The notes under the pieces: model-generated
Database searches by the model: none
What the model was told of the DNA's origin: nothing
The model's input: the letters and a program-made list of their open reading frames with translations, nothing else
Shown here: piece after piece, positions 36,360 to 46,513 of the stretch
How the letters are laid out: each line of letters starts with the position of its first letter
How positions within the stretch are numbered: position 1 is the first letter of the stretch
Assembly (NCBI GenBank): GCA_029560805.1
Contig: JAKQKE010000294.1
Location: 416-64,415, forward strand
Direction: 5' to 3'
DNA: 64,000 bases
DNA from: Spirochaetota bacterium
GTDB taxonomy: Bacteria; Spirochaetota; Spirochaetia; Treponematales; UBA12059
Position numbers and translations under genes: made by a program

Positions 36360-38145
36360 GCCGCTCTTCCTTTATCCTGGTTAATTCTCCATCTAGATAC
36401 ATTTTTTCATAGAGAAGGTCGTTGAGGGACAGCTCGTCGCCGTCCCGCTCGGCGTCGTACTCGCGGATACGCGAGACGACGCGCTGTTTCCGGGCCTCGA
36501 GCGCCCTAAGCTTCACTCGCCGGACTCCGTCAAGTACGAAGCGATCGGGATTGATCGAGTACGCCCCGTCGGATATCCTCTGCAGTATGAACTCCTTGAG
36601 CCCCGCGCTCGTCAGGCGCTCGACGACGGTGGCTACCTGTTGGTCGCCGCTCCTATAGCACTCCTCCATCACGATGAACGCGTCCTTGAGCGACTCATCG
36701 TCGAAATCCGCCGGGCCTATCTCCGAGCGCGCGGCCTCGAACAGCTCCGCGTTGGCTATGACGGCGGCCAAAAGCTCGGCGTCGGCGCTCGGGGCAAAAT
36801 CGTCCGAGGCTACAGGGACGGGAGCCTGGACGTGTCTCCGTATCGACCCCTTATCCAAGAATCGTATGAAATCGCTCCTGACTGAAGCGGGATCTGCGCC
36901 CAAACGAGAGGACGCGGCCACCATGAGCGAGTCTCGCCGTATATCAGACGATAGATTCGCCAGAAATGGGAAAAGATATTCGAACGCCTCCGTTTTAGAC
37001 CCCGAATCACCCGCTCGAAGCCGAGAAGCGGCATTTTCCAATATAAAATCTTCGGAAGTTATAGTGGAAACGGCATTCTTTTTCAATCGTTCAGGACCAT
37101 TTTTTTCCAGTATCTCGGCGGGATCCTTGGCACCCTCGAGCCTGAGCACCCGGACGCCCAGGCCCTTGGACTCCGCGATACCGATAGCCCTCTCGGCGGC
37201 GGCGATCCCGGCGCCGTCGGTATCGAAGCAGAGGACGACGGTCGACGCGTAGCGCTTGAGCAGGGCGGCCTGTGGCTCGGTGAACGACGTCCCGAGCGGG
37301 GCTACGGCGTTGGCGACCCCTGCCGCGTGGAACGCTATGGCGTCCATATACCCCTCGCATAGTATGGCCGTCGAGCTGGTCCTCATCGCCTGCGCGGCCT
37401 CCGGCAGGGCGAACAGCGTGTCGTGCTTCTTGAAGATACCCGTCTCCGGCGAGTTGATGTACTTGGGGCCGTCTCCGTGCAGCAGTCTGCCTCCGAAGGC
37501 GACGACCCGGCCCCTGGCGTCCGCTATCGGGAACATCAGGCGGTCGGAGAAGATGGCCGTCTCCGGGTACTTTTTCGAGAAGAGGCCGGAGCGAGCCAGG
37601 AATTCGGGCGAATACGACTTGCCGCGCAGGAAGCGATAGAGCCAGGATCGTTCGGCCGGTGCGTAGCCGAGCCGGAACGAGGCGATCACCTCGTCGGGCA
37701 GACCCCTGCGCCGAGCGTACGCGAGCGCCTCGGCGCCGCGCGAGTCGGCTACGATGAAATGCCTGAAGGTGCCGGCGAGGCGCTCGTACAGCTCGTAGAG
37801 CGACTCGCGTTCCTTGGCGGCGCGCGCCTCCTCCGGGTCATCGTCCCCCTCGTAGGAGATGACGACGCCGGCTTTCTCGGCGAGCATCTCGAGGGCCTCG
37901 ACGTAGCCGCATTTCTCGACTTCCTTGATGAAGGTGATGGCGTCGCCGCCCTTCTTGCAGCCGAAGCAAAAGAAGAAGCCGCGCTCCTCGTTGACGCCGA
38001 ATGACGGCGTCTTCTCGTTATGGAACGGGCAGAGGCCGACCCAGCGCGAGCCGCGCTTCTCGAGCCGCACGTACTCGCCGACGACTCTGACGATATCGGT
38101 CCTGGATACGATATCCTGGACGACGTGATCCGGGATGCGTCTCAT
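36346..38145 (-). CDS. dnaG: DNA primase
   Basis: Zinc ribbon [11 protein letters not shown]...CFGC, Toprim region ([15 protein letters not shown]) and a C-terminal helicase-binding domain. Confidence 0.95.
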   Translation of the reverse strand: MRRIPDHVVQDIVSRTDIVRVVGEYVRLEKRGSRWVGLCPFHNEKTPSFGVNEERGFFFCFGCKKGGDAITFIKEVEKCGYVEALEMLAEKAGVVISYEGDDDPEEARAAKERESLYELYERLAGTFRHFIVADSRGAEALAYARRRGLPDEVIASFRLGYAPAERSWLYRFLRGKSYSPEFLARSGLFSKKYPETAIFSDRLMFPIADARGRVVAFGGRLLHGDGPKYINSPETGIFKKHDTLFALPEAAQAMRTSSTAILCEGYMDAIAFHAAGVANAVAPLGTSFTEPQAALLKRYASTVVLCFDTDGAGIAAAERAIGIAESKGLGVRVLRLEGAKDPAEILEKNGPERLKKNAVSTITSEDFILENAASRLRAGDSGSKTEAFEYLFPFLANLSSDIRRDSLMVAASSRLGADPASVRSDFIRFLDKGSIRRHVQAPVPVASDDFAPSADAELLAAVIANAELFEAARSEIGPADFDDESLKDAFIVMEECYRSGDQQVATVVERLTSAGLKEFILQRISDGAYSINPDRFVLDGVRRVKLRALEARKQRVVSRIREYDAERDGDELSLNDLLYEKMYLDGELTRIKEERHGRP

Positions 38146-39221
38146 CTGCCTATGGGCTTCACGGCGAGCGACGCAGCCCTGACGTGCTCGTCGAGGGTGG
38201 CGGAGAAGTAGTGCTCGCCCGTTGCCTCATCGACGAGCCTGAAATACAGGTAGCCGGATACAGCAGGCCGGATAGCGGCGGAGATGGCCGTAAGGCCGGG
38301 ATTGCAGATGGGGCTAGGAGGTAGCCCGGGGTGCTTATACGTATTGTACGGATCCTCGATCCGCAGGTCTCGGTCGAATATCCTGCTCGGATGCGGCTTG
38401 CCTTGGCGCTCGGTGATCACGTAGACGACGGTGGCGCAGGATTGCAGCGCCATGCCTATCCTCAGCCGGTTCGAGAAGACGCTGGCCATCAGCGGCGCCT
38501 CGCCCGGTACCCGGTACTCCCGCTCGACGATGCTGGCGAGTATGAGCCTCTCGTGCAGTTCCTGCGGCGACAGGGAGGCCGACTCGGGGAGCGCCTCGGC
38601 GACGCGACGTTTGAACGTCTCGACCATCAGCTCGATGAGAGCCTCGCCGCCGGCGTCGCGGGGCAGCAGGTAGGTATCCGGGTATAGGTAGCCGTCGAGC
38701 GTCTCGGCCGCGACGCCGAGGGATCGGGCCAGTCCGGCGTCGCCGGAGGCCGCCAAGACCTCGTCGGCGCTCGCGACCCCGGCGGCCTCCGCGGCGAGCG
38801 CCACGGCGCGTACGGTGGCGCCCTCGGGGATGGTCAATCGGAGCAGCACCTGGCGACCCTCGGCGATCATGCCGAGAATCTCGCTGCCGCTCATGCGGCT
38901 TTCGACGCGGTAGGTCCCGGCCTTCAGCGAGTGTTCGAGCGACCGGGCCTTCATCATCAGTTTGAATAGTAGCTCGGAACGTATGACCCGTTCCTGGGCG
39001 AGCCGCCTGGCTACGGCCGAGCCCGACTCCCCCTGCCCCACCGTGAAGCTCAACCCCTCGTCGGCGACCTCGCCTGTCGGCCTGTCGTAGCGTTCCGCCA
39101 GCGCGATGACGCCGAGCCCGAGGGCCACGGCGGCGATGACGAGGAGCGCGACGACGACGAAGGCGGCCTTGGCGGCCTTGCCGACCGCGCCAGTTCCCTG
39201 GACCTTGGTACGTCGGCTCAT
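38142..39221 (-). CDS. mltG: Endolytic murein transglycosylase MltG (YceG-like)
   Basis: N-terminal TM helix. Motifs LDGYLYPDTY, ASIVEREY and YNTYKHPGLPPSPICNPG. Confidence 0.9.
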   Translation of the reverse strand: MSRRTKVQGTGAVGKAAKAAFVVVALLVIAAVALGLGVIALAERYDRPTGEVADEGLSFTVGQGESGSAVARRLAQERVIRSELLFKLMMKARSLEHSLKAGTYRVESRMSGSEILGMIAEGRQVLLRLTIPEGATVRAVALAAEAAGVASADEVLAASGDAGLARSLGVAAETLDGYLYPDTYLLPRDAGGEALIELMVETFKRRVAEALPESASLSPQELHERLILASIVEREYRVPGEAPLMASVFSNRLRIGMALQSCATVVYVITERQGKPHPSRIFDRDLRIEDPYNTYKHPGLPPSPICNPGLTAISAAIRPAVSGYLYFRLVDEATGEHYFSATLDEHVRAASLAVKPIGR

Positions 39222-39445
39222 GCCGATCCCCCCGGGCCGGCGGCCGCGGTATAGAGCCCGGGAAGGCTCTCGAGCTCCTCTACCGACAGATTCTCGTATA
39301 GGACGGACCTGAGGCGGTCGAGGGCCTGGAGCTGGTTCCTGTCGAGCCGTTCCTCGGCGGCTGTCAGCGAGACGTAGAGGCCCGCCAGCTCAGCTCCGGC
39401 CAGCTCGACTTCGAATGTAGACTCGTACAGGGCGTTAAACGTCAA
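39218..39445 (-). CDS. Small hypothetical protein (75 aa), translationally coupled on both sides
   Basis: The start overlaps the MBL gene stop by 11 nt and the stop overlaps the mltG start (ATGA). Helical, acidic composition. Confidence 0.5.
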   Translation of the reverse strand: MTFNALYESTFEVELAGAELAGLYVSLTAAEERLDRNQLQALDRLRSVLYENLSVEELESLPGLYTAAAGPGGSA

Positions 39446-40370
39446 TCTCTACGCCTTCCCTCGCCAGGACCACCTCTATGCCGTGGTCTTCGATATGCTT
39501 AAGGTACCATGACGCTGACTTGAGGATCGAGCCTATCTTCTGGTCGCCGTAGGCCGGCTCGTGATGGAACAGGACAAGCCGCTTGATGTTCCATGAGGCC
39601 GCGAAGTCGGCCGCCAGGCTGAACGACGAATGGCCCCAGTATTGCTTCTCTATCGCCTCGCCGAGCGTGTACTGGGCGTCGATGATCAGGGCGTCCGCGC
39701 CCCTGAAGTACGACTCGTTTTCCGGCGTCCGATTGAAGTCCTTGGGGTCGAGCTCGGTATCGGTCGAGTAGATGGCCTTCTTGCCGGCTTCCTCGACGGC
39801 GTAGCTATAGCAACCGCCGGGATGGCTCATCGCGCGGTGCATGATGCGTACGCCGCCTATGTCGACGCCGCTCTCGAGCCGGATGAATTCCTTGCCGGCG
39901 GCCATGTCGTCAAGCCTGACGGGGAAGTACGGCGCCTTCATCTGCCCCTCGAGTATCTCGCGTAGCCTGGGGTCGGGACTGTACAGCCGTAGCCTCGTCC
40001 TCGGGTCGAAGGCTGGCCCGAAGAACGGGAAGCCCTGTATATGGTCCCAATGGAAGTGCGAGAAGAACAAGTGGACGTCCGCCGGCTTCCGCTGAGCCGT
40101 GATCTCGTTCCCGAGATTACGGATGCCGGTGCCGGCGTCGAACACGATGCGGCAAGGTTCTGAGGTGATCACCTCGACGCAGGCGGTATTGCCACCGACG
40201 GTTGAAAACAGGTAGTCGGGTAGCCGCGCGAGGAATATCTCCCGCGACTCCTGCGACTCCAGGTCGGCGGGCGTTATGCGCTGGACTATCGAGGATATCT
40301 TGCTACGTAGCTTGGCCGGGGTCAGCGGCGTCGGAAGCGAGCCGCGGGCTCCCCAAAAGCGAATCTTCAT
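39435..40370 (-). CDS. MBL-fold metallo-hydrolase
   Basis: MKIRFWGARGSLPTP N-terminus, GGNTACVEV and HFHWDHIQG (HxHxDH). Confidence 0.85.
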   Translation of the reverse strand: MKIRFWGARGSLPTPLTPAKLRSKISSIVQRITPADLESQESREIFLARLPDYLFSTVGGNTACVEVITSEPCRIVFDAGTGIRNLGNEITAQRKPADVHLFFSHFHWDHIQGFPFFGPAFDPRTRLRLYSPDPRLREILEGQMKAPYFPVRLDDMAAGKEFIRLESGVDIGGVRIMHRAMSHPGGCYSYAVEEAGKKAIYSTDTELDPKDFNRTPENESYFRGADALIIDAQYTLGEAIEKQYWGHSSFSLAADFAASWNIKRLVLFHHEPAYGDQKIGSILKSASWYLKHIEDHGIEVVLAREGVEIDV

Positions 40371-40833
40371 CGATCGTCTCCAATGCCGCGCCGTACGGTA
40401 TGACGAGGGTCCGGTTCGCCCTTCTGCGAGAGAACCGCTCGGCTATCTCCCCCGCTCCGATGATCGGCCCCCTGCCGATGCCGGGGCAGGAGCCGCCTTC
40501 GTCTTGCCAGTCATCATGGCTATCGAGGATGCCTGGCCAGAAGGGGTACGTCGCGCACTGTATCGGTCTCGACTCGTACGCGGCGCAGCCTCCGTCGCTC
40601 CATAGTATACAATCATTATTCGGCTTTTCCTTCAATGAAATCGCCAGCCCCGTGCCGATGTCGACGGTACGCAGGAACGCTCCGACGAACGCCCTGAACG
40701 GAAGCCCCGAACGCGCGTGTAGGCGTCGCAGGTCGTCGGCTGATAGAAAGACATACCCCGGCTCGTACCTGCAGCACGCTGAGCACCTGGCGCACTCGAA
40801 GCGTAGCCCCTCGTGCCAGAACGATTGGTTCAT
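40303..40833 (-). CDS. YkgJ-family (UPF0153) cysteine-cluster protein
   Basis: CARCSACC near the N-terminus and a C-terminal Cys motif GGCAAYESRPIQCATYP. The 3' end overlaps the MBL gene by 68 nt. Confidence 0.8.
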   Translation of the reverse strand: MNQSFWHEGLRFECARCSACCRYEPGYVFLSADDLRRLHARSGLPFRAFVGAFLRTVDIGTGLAISLKEKPNNDCILWSDGGCAAYESRPIQCATYPFWPGILDSHDDWQDEGGSCPGIGRGPIIGAGEIAERFSRRRANRTLVIPYGAALETIDEDSLLGSPRLASDAADPGQAT

Positions 40834-40853
40834 CGAAGTCCTCGCATATGAAG

Positions 40854-40877
40854 AAGGACCGCCGTACGGCGGTCCTT
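40854..40877 (-). terminator. Perfect 10-bp hairpin (AAGGACCGCC GTAC GGCGGTCCTT) after tRNA-Tyr
   Basis: Palindrome read directly from the sequence. On the minus strand it is followed by CTTCTTC. Confidence 0.5.
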
Positions 40878-40883
40878 GAAGGA

Positions 40884-40965
40884 TGGAGAGAGAAGGATTT
40901 GAACCTTCGAAGGCTTAGCCAACAGATTTACAGTCTGCCCCCTTTGACCACTCGGGAATCTCTCC
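40884..40965 (-). tRNA. tRNA-Tyr (GUA), long variable arm
   Basis: GGAGAGATTCCCGAGTGGTCAAAGGGGGCAGACTGTAAATCTGTTGGCTAAGCCTTCGAAGGTTCAAATCCTTCTCTCTCCA folds as a cloverleaf. CCA is not encoded. Confidence 0.9.
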
Positions 40966-40997
40966 AGGGTAAATCCGATCGCCACCGGACTTTCTTG

Positions 40998-41070
40998 AGC
41001 CATCTCCCGGAATCGAACCGGGGACCTCGAGATTACAAGTCACGCGCTCTGCCAACTGAGCTAAGATGGC
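40998..41070 (-). tRNA. tRNA-Thr (UGU)
   Basis: GCCATCTTAGCTCAGTTGGCAGAGCGCGTGACTTGTAATCTCGAGGTCCCCGGTTCGATTCCGGGAGATGGCT. There is one U-U mismatch in the anticodon stem. Confidence 0.85.
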
Positions 41071-41130
41071 GCCGAACGAGCGCTACTATACAGAACGAAC
41101 GGGAGCGCGTCAAGCCGGGCGATAAAGAAA

Positions 41131-43206
41131 CTATCGGATCGGCGCGAAGAATCCGCCCTCGTCTTTCCCGGACCTGTCGCGTAGGTAGACCTCCACACTG
41201 AACGGCAGGTAGCTCCTGCCGAAGCCATCGTCCGCTGACGATAGGTAGGATAGGCGGTAGCGGCCCGTTCGGGCCTGGCGGATACTGGCTGTGACGACCG
41301 CCAGCCCTTCTGGCCTATCGGCCCGGTACACCGAGCCGCCGCTCCGTTCGACCAGGAAGGACAGGGCCTCGGACGGGCCTCCCTTGCCGACGATAACGGC
41401 GTAGAGCGAGATGCAGTTATTCTCGAGAAGCGATGCGAGCTCGGCGAGTGACGATCCGTCCAGGTATGGCTCGTTGACCGAGCCGGTGCCTAGGTAGACC
41501 ACGGCTTTGCGCCTGGACGAGCCGAACAGGGTGCCTGCCGCGAGCCGAAGGCCCGAATCGAAGCGCCAGTCCGACGATGGCTCGTAGCCGAGGGCCGCCG
41601 CCCCTATGGCCGCGACGTTGGCGGCGGAAGGCGGCTGGGCGACGCGGCCGGCCACGACGAGCCTGGCCATCGAATCCGTCCCGCCGCCGAGCGACTCGTA
41701 GACGGCGTAGGCGGCGTCCCTCGCCTCGAGCCGCATCGGTGAGAGCTGGGGAGAACCCTCGAGGAGGAAGGTCAGGTCGATGCCGCTCGATTGGTCGAGC
41801 GAGCCGTCGAACGACAGCTCGCCAGCCGGACGTATCGACGAAGCGATATAATCGACGGGCTTATCTCCCTCGACGCGTCGTTCCTTGGTCTTCACGAGTT
41901 CCGAGATATAGAAGTTCGGGTAGCCGAGCCCCGTGACAGGCCTGCCGTGCCTATCCTTGACGGTAACGTCGAGGCTGACGCGAGGGAAGGAGTCGGAGTA
42001 CACCCTGCCGACCTCGACCGACAGCCCGGCGAACCTGGAGGCCGGGTCCGATAGGTAGGCGATCTCGGAGGCGTCGAAGTCGGCCGCCATAAGTTCGCCG
42101 TTGGCATCGAACGCCGCAGACAGGATGCGCGGCCTCTTGCGCTCCGACCGGTATAGCTCTATCGTCGCAGCGCTCTCGGGGTCGACGAGCAGTACCCTGG
42201 AGCCGTCTGCCACGAGCAGGCGCCCGTCGCCGGTGGCCCGGAGGCCTTCGGGCCGCACCAGCCCGGGTACGCGAGCGCGGCCGAGGTAGTTGCCGTAGCG
42301 GTCGAATAAAAAGATTGCCTTGAGCGCCGCGTCGGCGACGTATACCACGTCGCCAACGACGGCGACGCCGGTCGGTAGGCTGAGACCGTCGAATGTCGGG
42401 TTCCTGGCGCCGAAAGAAAGCAGCATGGAGCCGTCACGCGCATACTTGACGACGCGGGAGAAGCCGACGTCGCTGACGTACAGGAAGCCGTCGGCGTCGG
42501 CGGTGATGTACTGGGGCCCGGACAGCCTACCCGGCCCGGAGGCGTCGCCCGAATAGCCGAGCACGCGGCCGTCAGGCGACAGGCGGGCTATCCTGTCGGC
42601 CTGAAACTCGGTGACGAAGAGCGTGCCGTCGTCGAGCCTGGCGCAGGCGAAGGGCCTGTCGAAACCAGCCGAGCCGGCGTTCAGGGTATCGACGATGCGG
42701 CCATTGGCGTCGACCACGAGCAAGCGGTCGGTGCCGTGGGAGACGACGATGGCCTTGCCATCGGGCAAGGGCTCGATCCAGGTCGGCCTCGAGAACAGCA
42801 CCGTGTCGCCTTTCCTGCCTGACAGCTCGGCGACGCGGACGTAGCGGGTCGGTTCGGCCAGGCCCTCGGGCGAGGCCATGGCCCCGGCCAGCTCGAGCCT
42901 GCTCTCGACGAAGGGCGAGCCGCCGGCGACGGACAGCGCGTCGCCCCAGCGCTCGAACGCCGCGCTGGGGAGGCCGAGCCTGAGATAGGCTTTTCCCAGC
43001 CAGTAGAGTATCAGAGGATCGCGAGGCTCGCTCGCCAGGGCCCGCTCGAGTTGGGCGAGCGATTCGGCGTAATAGCCCCTGCCGAACGCCTCGACGCCGG
43101 TGCGAAACGACTCGGCGGCGAGCGGGGCGTCTATTTCGTAGGCGAACTGGGCGCCCGCGGCCGACACGGCGACGGCGATGGTCAACGTTGCGACGAGCCT
43201 TCTCAT
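41131..43206 (-). CDS. Secreted TPR + NHL-repeat beta-propeller protein with a C-terminal VWA-like region
   Basis: Trimmed to ATG 43206 (MRRLVATLTIAVAVSAAGAQ signal peptide; ATGA overlap with the upstream TPR gene). NHL-type repeats (GPQYITADADGFLYVSDVGFSRVVKY; LPTGVAVVGDVVYVAD). Confidence 0.7.
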   Translation of the reverse strand: MRRLVATLTIAVAVSAAGAQFAYEIDAPLAAESFRTGVEAFGRGYYAESLAQLERALASEPRDPLILYWLGKAYLRLGLPSAAFERWGDALSVAGGSPFVESRLELAGAMASPEGLAEPTRYVRVAELSGRKGDTVLFSRPTWIEPLPDGKAIVVSHGTDRLLVVDANGRIVDTLNAGSAGFDRPFACARLDDGTLFVTEFQADRIARLSPDGRVLGYSGDASGPGRLSGPQYITADADGFLYVSDVGFSRVVKYARDGSMLLSFGARNPTFDGLSLPTGVAVVGDVVYVADAALKAIFLFDRYGNYLGRARVPGLVRPEGLRATGDGRLLVADGSRVLLVDPESAATIELYRSERKRPRILSAAFDANGELMAADFDASEIAYLSDPASRFAGLSVEVGRVYSDSFPRVSLDVTVKDRHGRPVTGLGYPNFYISELVKTKERRVEGDKPVDYIASSIRPAGELSFDGSLDQSSGIDLTFLLEGSPQLSPMRLEARDAAYAVYESLGGGTDSMARLVVAGRVAQPPSAANVAAIGAAALGYEPSSDWRFDSGLRLAAGTLFGSSRRKAVVYLGTGSVNEPYLDGSSLAELASLLENNCISLYAVIVGKGGPSEALSFLVERSGGSVYRADRPEGLAVVTASIRQARTGRYRLSYLSSADDGFGRSYLPFSVEVYLRDRSGKDEGGFFAPIR

Positions 43207-43922
43207 CGGGATCCGACCGCCTTTTCGTAGGTTTCGAGGTGCTCTCGTAGTTCCTCGTCGTCGAGCTCGGCCGCGGCCTGCCCGAGGAACCTGCCGGCCT
43301 CGGCGAGCATGCCGAGCCTCAGATAGGTCCATCCTATCGAGTCGGCGTAGGCCGGGTTGCCGGGATCGGAATCGAGGGCCTTACGGCAACAGGTCAAGGC
43401 TTTCTGCAGATCGCGGTCGGCGCAGGCGAGCAGGTAGCCGTAGCCATTGAGCGCCGTGGGATTTTCAGGCTCCAGCTCGAGGGCCTTGGCGTACCACGCG
43501 ATGCCGTCGTCGAGCTTTCCCTGCTTCCAACTGGCGTGTCCGAGCGCCGAGAAGACCTGGGGCGACCGCTTGTCGGACTCGAGCAGCTTCTTGAGCTCGT
43601 ACTCGGCCAGCTTGGCGCGACCGGTGACGGCGTACACGTAAGCGAGCGTCATGCGGCATTGGTCGACCCGACGGTCCGGCACCGACTGCGTGACGACCTG
43701 CTCCAGGTACAGGAGCGCCTCGTCGAAGCGCCCGAGCCTGGCGTACGAGAGGCCAAGCAGGTAGGCCAGGTCGACGTACTCGTCCTCGTCGACGGTCGCC
43801 TGGCCGAGCGTCAGGACGGCGGCATCGTAATCCCCGGACCGGTATTCGTTACCGGCCTTCGCGATGGCGCCCGAACCCGACGGCTTGCCCTTTTTCACGA
43901 CGCCGCGCCGCCCGCCGCGCAT
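43203..43922 (-). CDS. TPR repeat protein
   Basis: Several canonical TPR units (AYLLGLSYARLGRFDEALLYLEQVV; ALNGYGYLLACADRDLQKALTCCRKALDSDPGNP). The start at ATG 43922 is uncertain, and the track start at 44168 lies inside surE. Confidence 0.7.
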   Translation of the reverse strand: MRGGRRGVVKKGKPSGSGAIAKAGNEYRSGDYDAAVLTLGQATVDEDEYVDLAYLLGLSYARLGRFDEALLYLEQVVTQSVPDRRVDQCRMTLAYVYAVTGRAKLAEYELKKLLESDKRSPQVFSALGHASWKQGKLDDGIAWYAKALELEPENPTALNGYGYLLACADRDLQKALTCCRKALDSDPGNPAYADSIGWTYLRLGMLAEAGRFLGQAAAELDDEELREHLETYEKAVGSR

Positions 43923-44617
43923 GGATACGCCAGCACCCGTGTGACCGCCGCAAGGCCCTTGCCGATCGCGTCCTCGTCGCTGCCCGACTCCTGGTGCGTG
44001 TCCACCTGGCCATCCATGAAGAAACAGTAGGAGTACCCGTCGGGGCCATCGAAGAATTTGAGCGTATCCTTGTAGACGCGGCGGCTCGGGAAGGCCTCGA
44101 TGACCTCGTAGCGGTGCCCCGCCGGGGCGACCGGCGCGTTTATGTTGACGAAAACGTCGGGCGTCCATAGCGATATGAAGTAATCGAGCCGCTCGGCTAT
44201 CATCTGGGCGGCCGCATCGTAGATGAACGGACCGGTATAGGTTGCCAGCGAAACGGCGATGCCCGGTACGCCGTTCATGGCAGCCTGCCGAGCGGCCGCG
44301 GCGGTACCCGAGTACACGAGGTCGGTGCCGAGGTTCGGGCCCCGGTTGATACCGGATACGACGACGTCCGGGGAGAACGGAAGCACGCCGTGCGACGCGA
44401 GTATGACGCAGTCGGCCGGCGTCCCGGAACAGCAGTACTCGCGCTCGGCTAGCTTGCGTATCTTGAGCGGCTGCCTGAGGGACATCGAATGGCTCATTCC
44501 GGAGCGTTCCGAGTCGGGCGCCAGCGTCCAGACCTCGTGCTCGCCTTCGAGCGCCTTGGCGAGGGCCTTGATGCCGTCGCTCGCGTAACCGTCGTCGTTC
44601 GTCAGTAGAATTCTCAT
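43895..44617 (-). CDS. surE: 5'/3'-nucleotidase SurE
   Basis: MRILLTNDDGYASDGIKAL, SGINRGPNLG. Confidence 0.9.
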   Translation of the reverse strand: MRILLTNDDGYASDGIKALAKALEGEHEVWTLAPDSERSGMSHSMSLRQPLKIRKLAEREYCCSGTPADCVILASHGVLPFSPDVVVSGINRGPNLGTDLVYSGTAAAARQAAMNGVPGIAVSLATYTGPFIYDAAAQMIAERLDYFISLWTPDVFVNINAPVAPAGHRYEVIEAFPSRRVYKDTLKFFDGPDGYSYCFFMDGQVDTHQESGSDEDAIGKGLAAVTRVLAYPCAAGGAAS

Positions 44618-44648
44618 CGAAGCTCCTGGGCCCTTGCTCGGGCGATCG

Positions 44649-45806
44649 CTATACGGCGATCATACCAGCCCCGACCGATATTTCCAAGGCGTGCGGCTTA
44701 AAGCCGAAGATACGCTCGTATTCTTCGAGGCGCGACCGGTACTCCTCCATGGCCCGGTCGGACATGGCGCTGATGGTGCACCCGCCGAATCCCTTGCCTA
44801 TCATCCTGCTGGCCAGCACGCCGTCTATCTCGACGGCGCGCTTCACGAGCCAGTCTATCTCGGGACACGATATCTCGTAGCTGTTCCTGAGGCCCGACTG
44901 GGACTTATTCAAGATCTTCGCGAAGGTCTGAAGGTCGGTGTGCAGGGCGGCCTCCCGAGCCTCCTTGACGCGCTGGACCTCCTCGACGAAGAAGGCGCAA
45001 TGGCGCCGGACCCGCTCCGGCATCAAGCCCATGTACTCGTCGAGGTCGTCGATCGAGAAATCCCTGAGCCGTCTGGAACCCGAGCCGTCCATCATCGCGA
45101 GGCCTCTGGCGCAGTCCTCGCCGCGTTGGCGCATCTCGCTATCGACGAGCGGCCTCGGTACCTTCGAGTCGGTCAGGATAAGGCGCGCGCCCGTGAAGAC
45201 CGAAGGCAGGGCCTCGCCGCTTTCGGCCGCCGAGTCGACGTAGACCATGGCCCCTTCTGAGCCGGCGAGCGTGGCGAGGTAGACGGCCATCGTTGTGTCA
45301 CGCTCGAAATAGCCGCGATCGGTTCGCACGATGGCGCGGGCCAGCTCCTCGGGTGACGGGTCGAAGCCGGCCGCTATGGCGGCCGCCTTCGCGGCCGCGC
45401 ACTGCAGTGCAGTCGCTGAGCCCAAGCCGAGAGCCTGGGGAATGTCGCCGGATACCGTAATATTGAAGCCTTTGAGCCCCGACGGTTCGCCGGCGTAGGT
45501 GGACAGGGCCGCCTTGATGAAGTTGGCCCAGCGATCTTCTCGCTTATACTTGAGATTCGATAGGTTCGTACGCTTACGTTCGTTCAAGTCGGCTGCGTAG
45601 AAGCGTATCGACGAGTCCCGTCGTCCGGATACGGCTACCGAAACACGCCTGTTCATCGGGAAGGCGATCATGAGGCCATCGCTGTCGGCGGTATGCTCGC
45701 CTAAGAGACGTATACAGCCGGGAGCTGAAACGACGACGTCGGGTGACGCTTCGTACTCCGTGCGATGCAATTGGGCGATATCCGTCGTTTCCACAGTGGT
45801 CTTCAT
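44649..45806 (-). CDS. GHMP kinase family protein, galactokinase-like
   Basis: SAPGCIRLLGEHTADSDG (GalK signature-like) and GDIPQALGLGSATAL (GHMP ATP motif). Confidence 0.75.
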   Translation of the reverse strand: MKTTVETTDIAQLHRTEYEASPDVVVSAPGCIRLLGEHTADSDGLMIAFPMNRRVSVAVSGRRDSSIRFYAADLNERKRTNLSNLKYKREDRWANFIKAALSTYAGEPSGLKGFNITVSGDIPQALGLGSATALQCAAAKAAAIAAGFDPSPEELARAIVRTDRGYFERDTTMAVYLATLAGSEGAMVYVDSAAESGEALPSVFTGARLILTDSKVPRPLVDSEMRQRGEDCARGLAMMDGSGSRRLRDFSIDDLDEYMGLMPERVRRHCAFFVEEVQRVKEAREAALHTDLQTFAKILNKSQSGLRNSYEISCPEIDWLVKRAVEIDGVLASRMIGKGFGGCTISAMSDRAMEEYRSRLEEYERIFGFKPHALEISVGAGMIAV

Positions 45807-45891
45807 ATAATGCCGCTATCATACTTCAAAAAGACGTCTCCAGCAATGAAAAATGCGTCGTCGGTCGGCCTCGCCGTCCAACCGACTCGTT

Positions 45892-45920
45892 TTGACAATA
45901 GTACAGCGAGGGTATACTAT
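45892..45920 (+). promoter_or_regulatory. Near-consensus sigma-70 promoter (TTGACA, 17 nt spacer, TACTAT) ending 6 nt before ATG 45927
   Basis: Read directly from the sequence. No SD sequence precedes the ATG. Confidence 0.5.
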
Positions 45921-45926
45921 ACAGCT

Positions 45927-46511
45927 ATGCGAGTCCCGTTCAAAAAACTATGCATCCCGACGGTCGCGGTCCTCGCGATCGCCTGGATCGCCGCTTGCAC
46001 CACCGCGCCGGTCGAGGAGCCCGAGCCTCTCAGCGAATCGCCCGCCGTCAGGCCGTTGCCCGAGCCCATCGAACCGTCCCCCGAGCCTACCGGAATCGAG
46101 TCGCCGGCTCCGTTCGATCCCGACTCGGTCAGCGTCGAGATGAAGCAGGCCACCTTCTTCGACGTGCGCGCCCTTATCCAGGGGCTCAACTCCATCATCC
46201 AGGCGAAGGACTACGAATCGTGGGCCATGGCCCTGACCGACGACTATCGGTCGTACTACTCATCATCCGATACCCTGGATAGGATATCGGACGCGCCGGT
46301 ACTGAAGCGCCAGGGCGTCAAGCTGAGGAGCCTTCAGGATTATTTTATCTACGTAGTCTATCCTTCGAGGCAGAACGACAGGGTCGACGATATTGAGTTC
46401 ATAGACGCCACCCATATCCGCGCCATCACCGTCAACGTCAAGGGCGAGCGCCTGGTACTTTACAACCTTGAAAAAATCGGCGATACATGGAAGATCGCGA
46501 TCTGGAGGTAA
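45927..46511 (+). CDS. Hypothetical lipoprotein
   Basis: Track ORF trimmed to ATG 45927 (MRVPFKKLCIPTVAVLAIAWIAAC lipobox). A Pro/Glu-rich linker is followed by a globular domain. Confidence 0.65.
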   Translation: MRVPFKKLCIPTVAVLAIAWIAACTTAPVEEPEPLSESPAVRPLPEPIEPSPEPTGIESPAPFDPDSVSVEMKQATFFDVRALIQGLNSIIQAKDYESWAMALTDDYRSYYSSSDTLDRISDAPVLKRQGVKLRSLQDYFIYVVYPSRQNDRVDDIEFIDATHIRAITVNVKGERLVLYNLEKIGDTWKIAIWR

Positions 46512-46513
46512 TC

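Noticed and set aside
36890-37110. Local low-GC (about 45%) patch inside dnaG. Similar patches occur at the Cmk-S1 linker (16500..16760) and at the 5' ends of the sigma-54 activator and cyclase genes.
   Set aside because: The reading frames stay intact and the encoded segments are inter-domain or poorly conserved regions. There are no repeats, IS ends or frame disruptions to suggest an insertion.
40303-40370. The 68-nt overlap between the ykgJ-like and MBL-fold genes as a possible frameshift or fusion.
   Set aside because: Both proteins have canonical termini. The MBL gene starts with the MKIRFWGARGS pattern typical of the family, and the two frames differ. A plain overlap is the simpler reading, although the exact ykgJ 3' end cannot be verified here.
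40848-41201. ORF 40848..41201 (+), 117 aa.
   Set aside because: It is read straight through the complements of tRNA-Tyr and tRNA-Thr, so it is a spurious frame.
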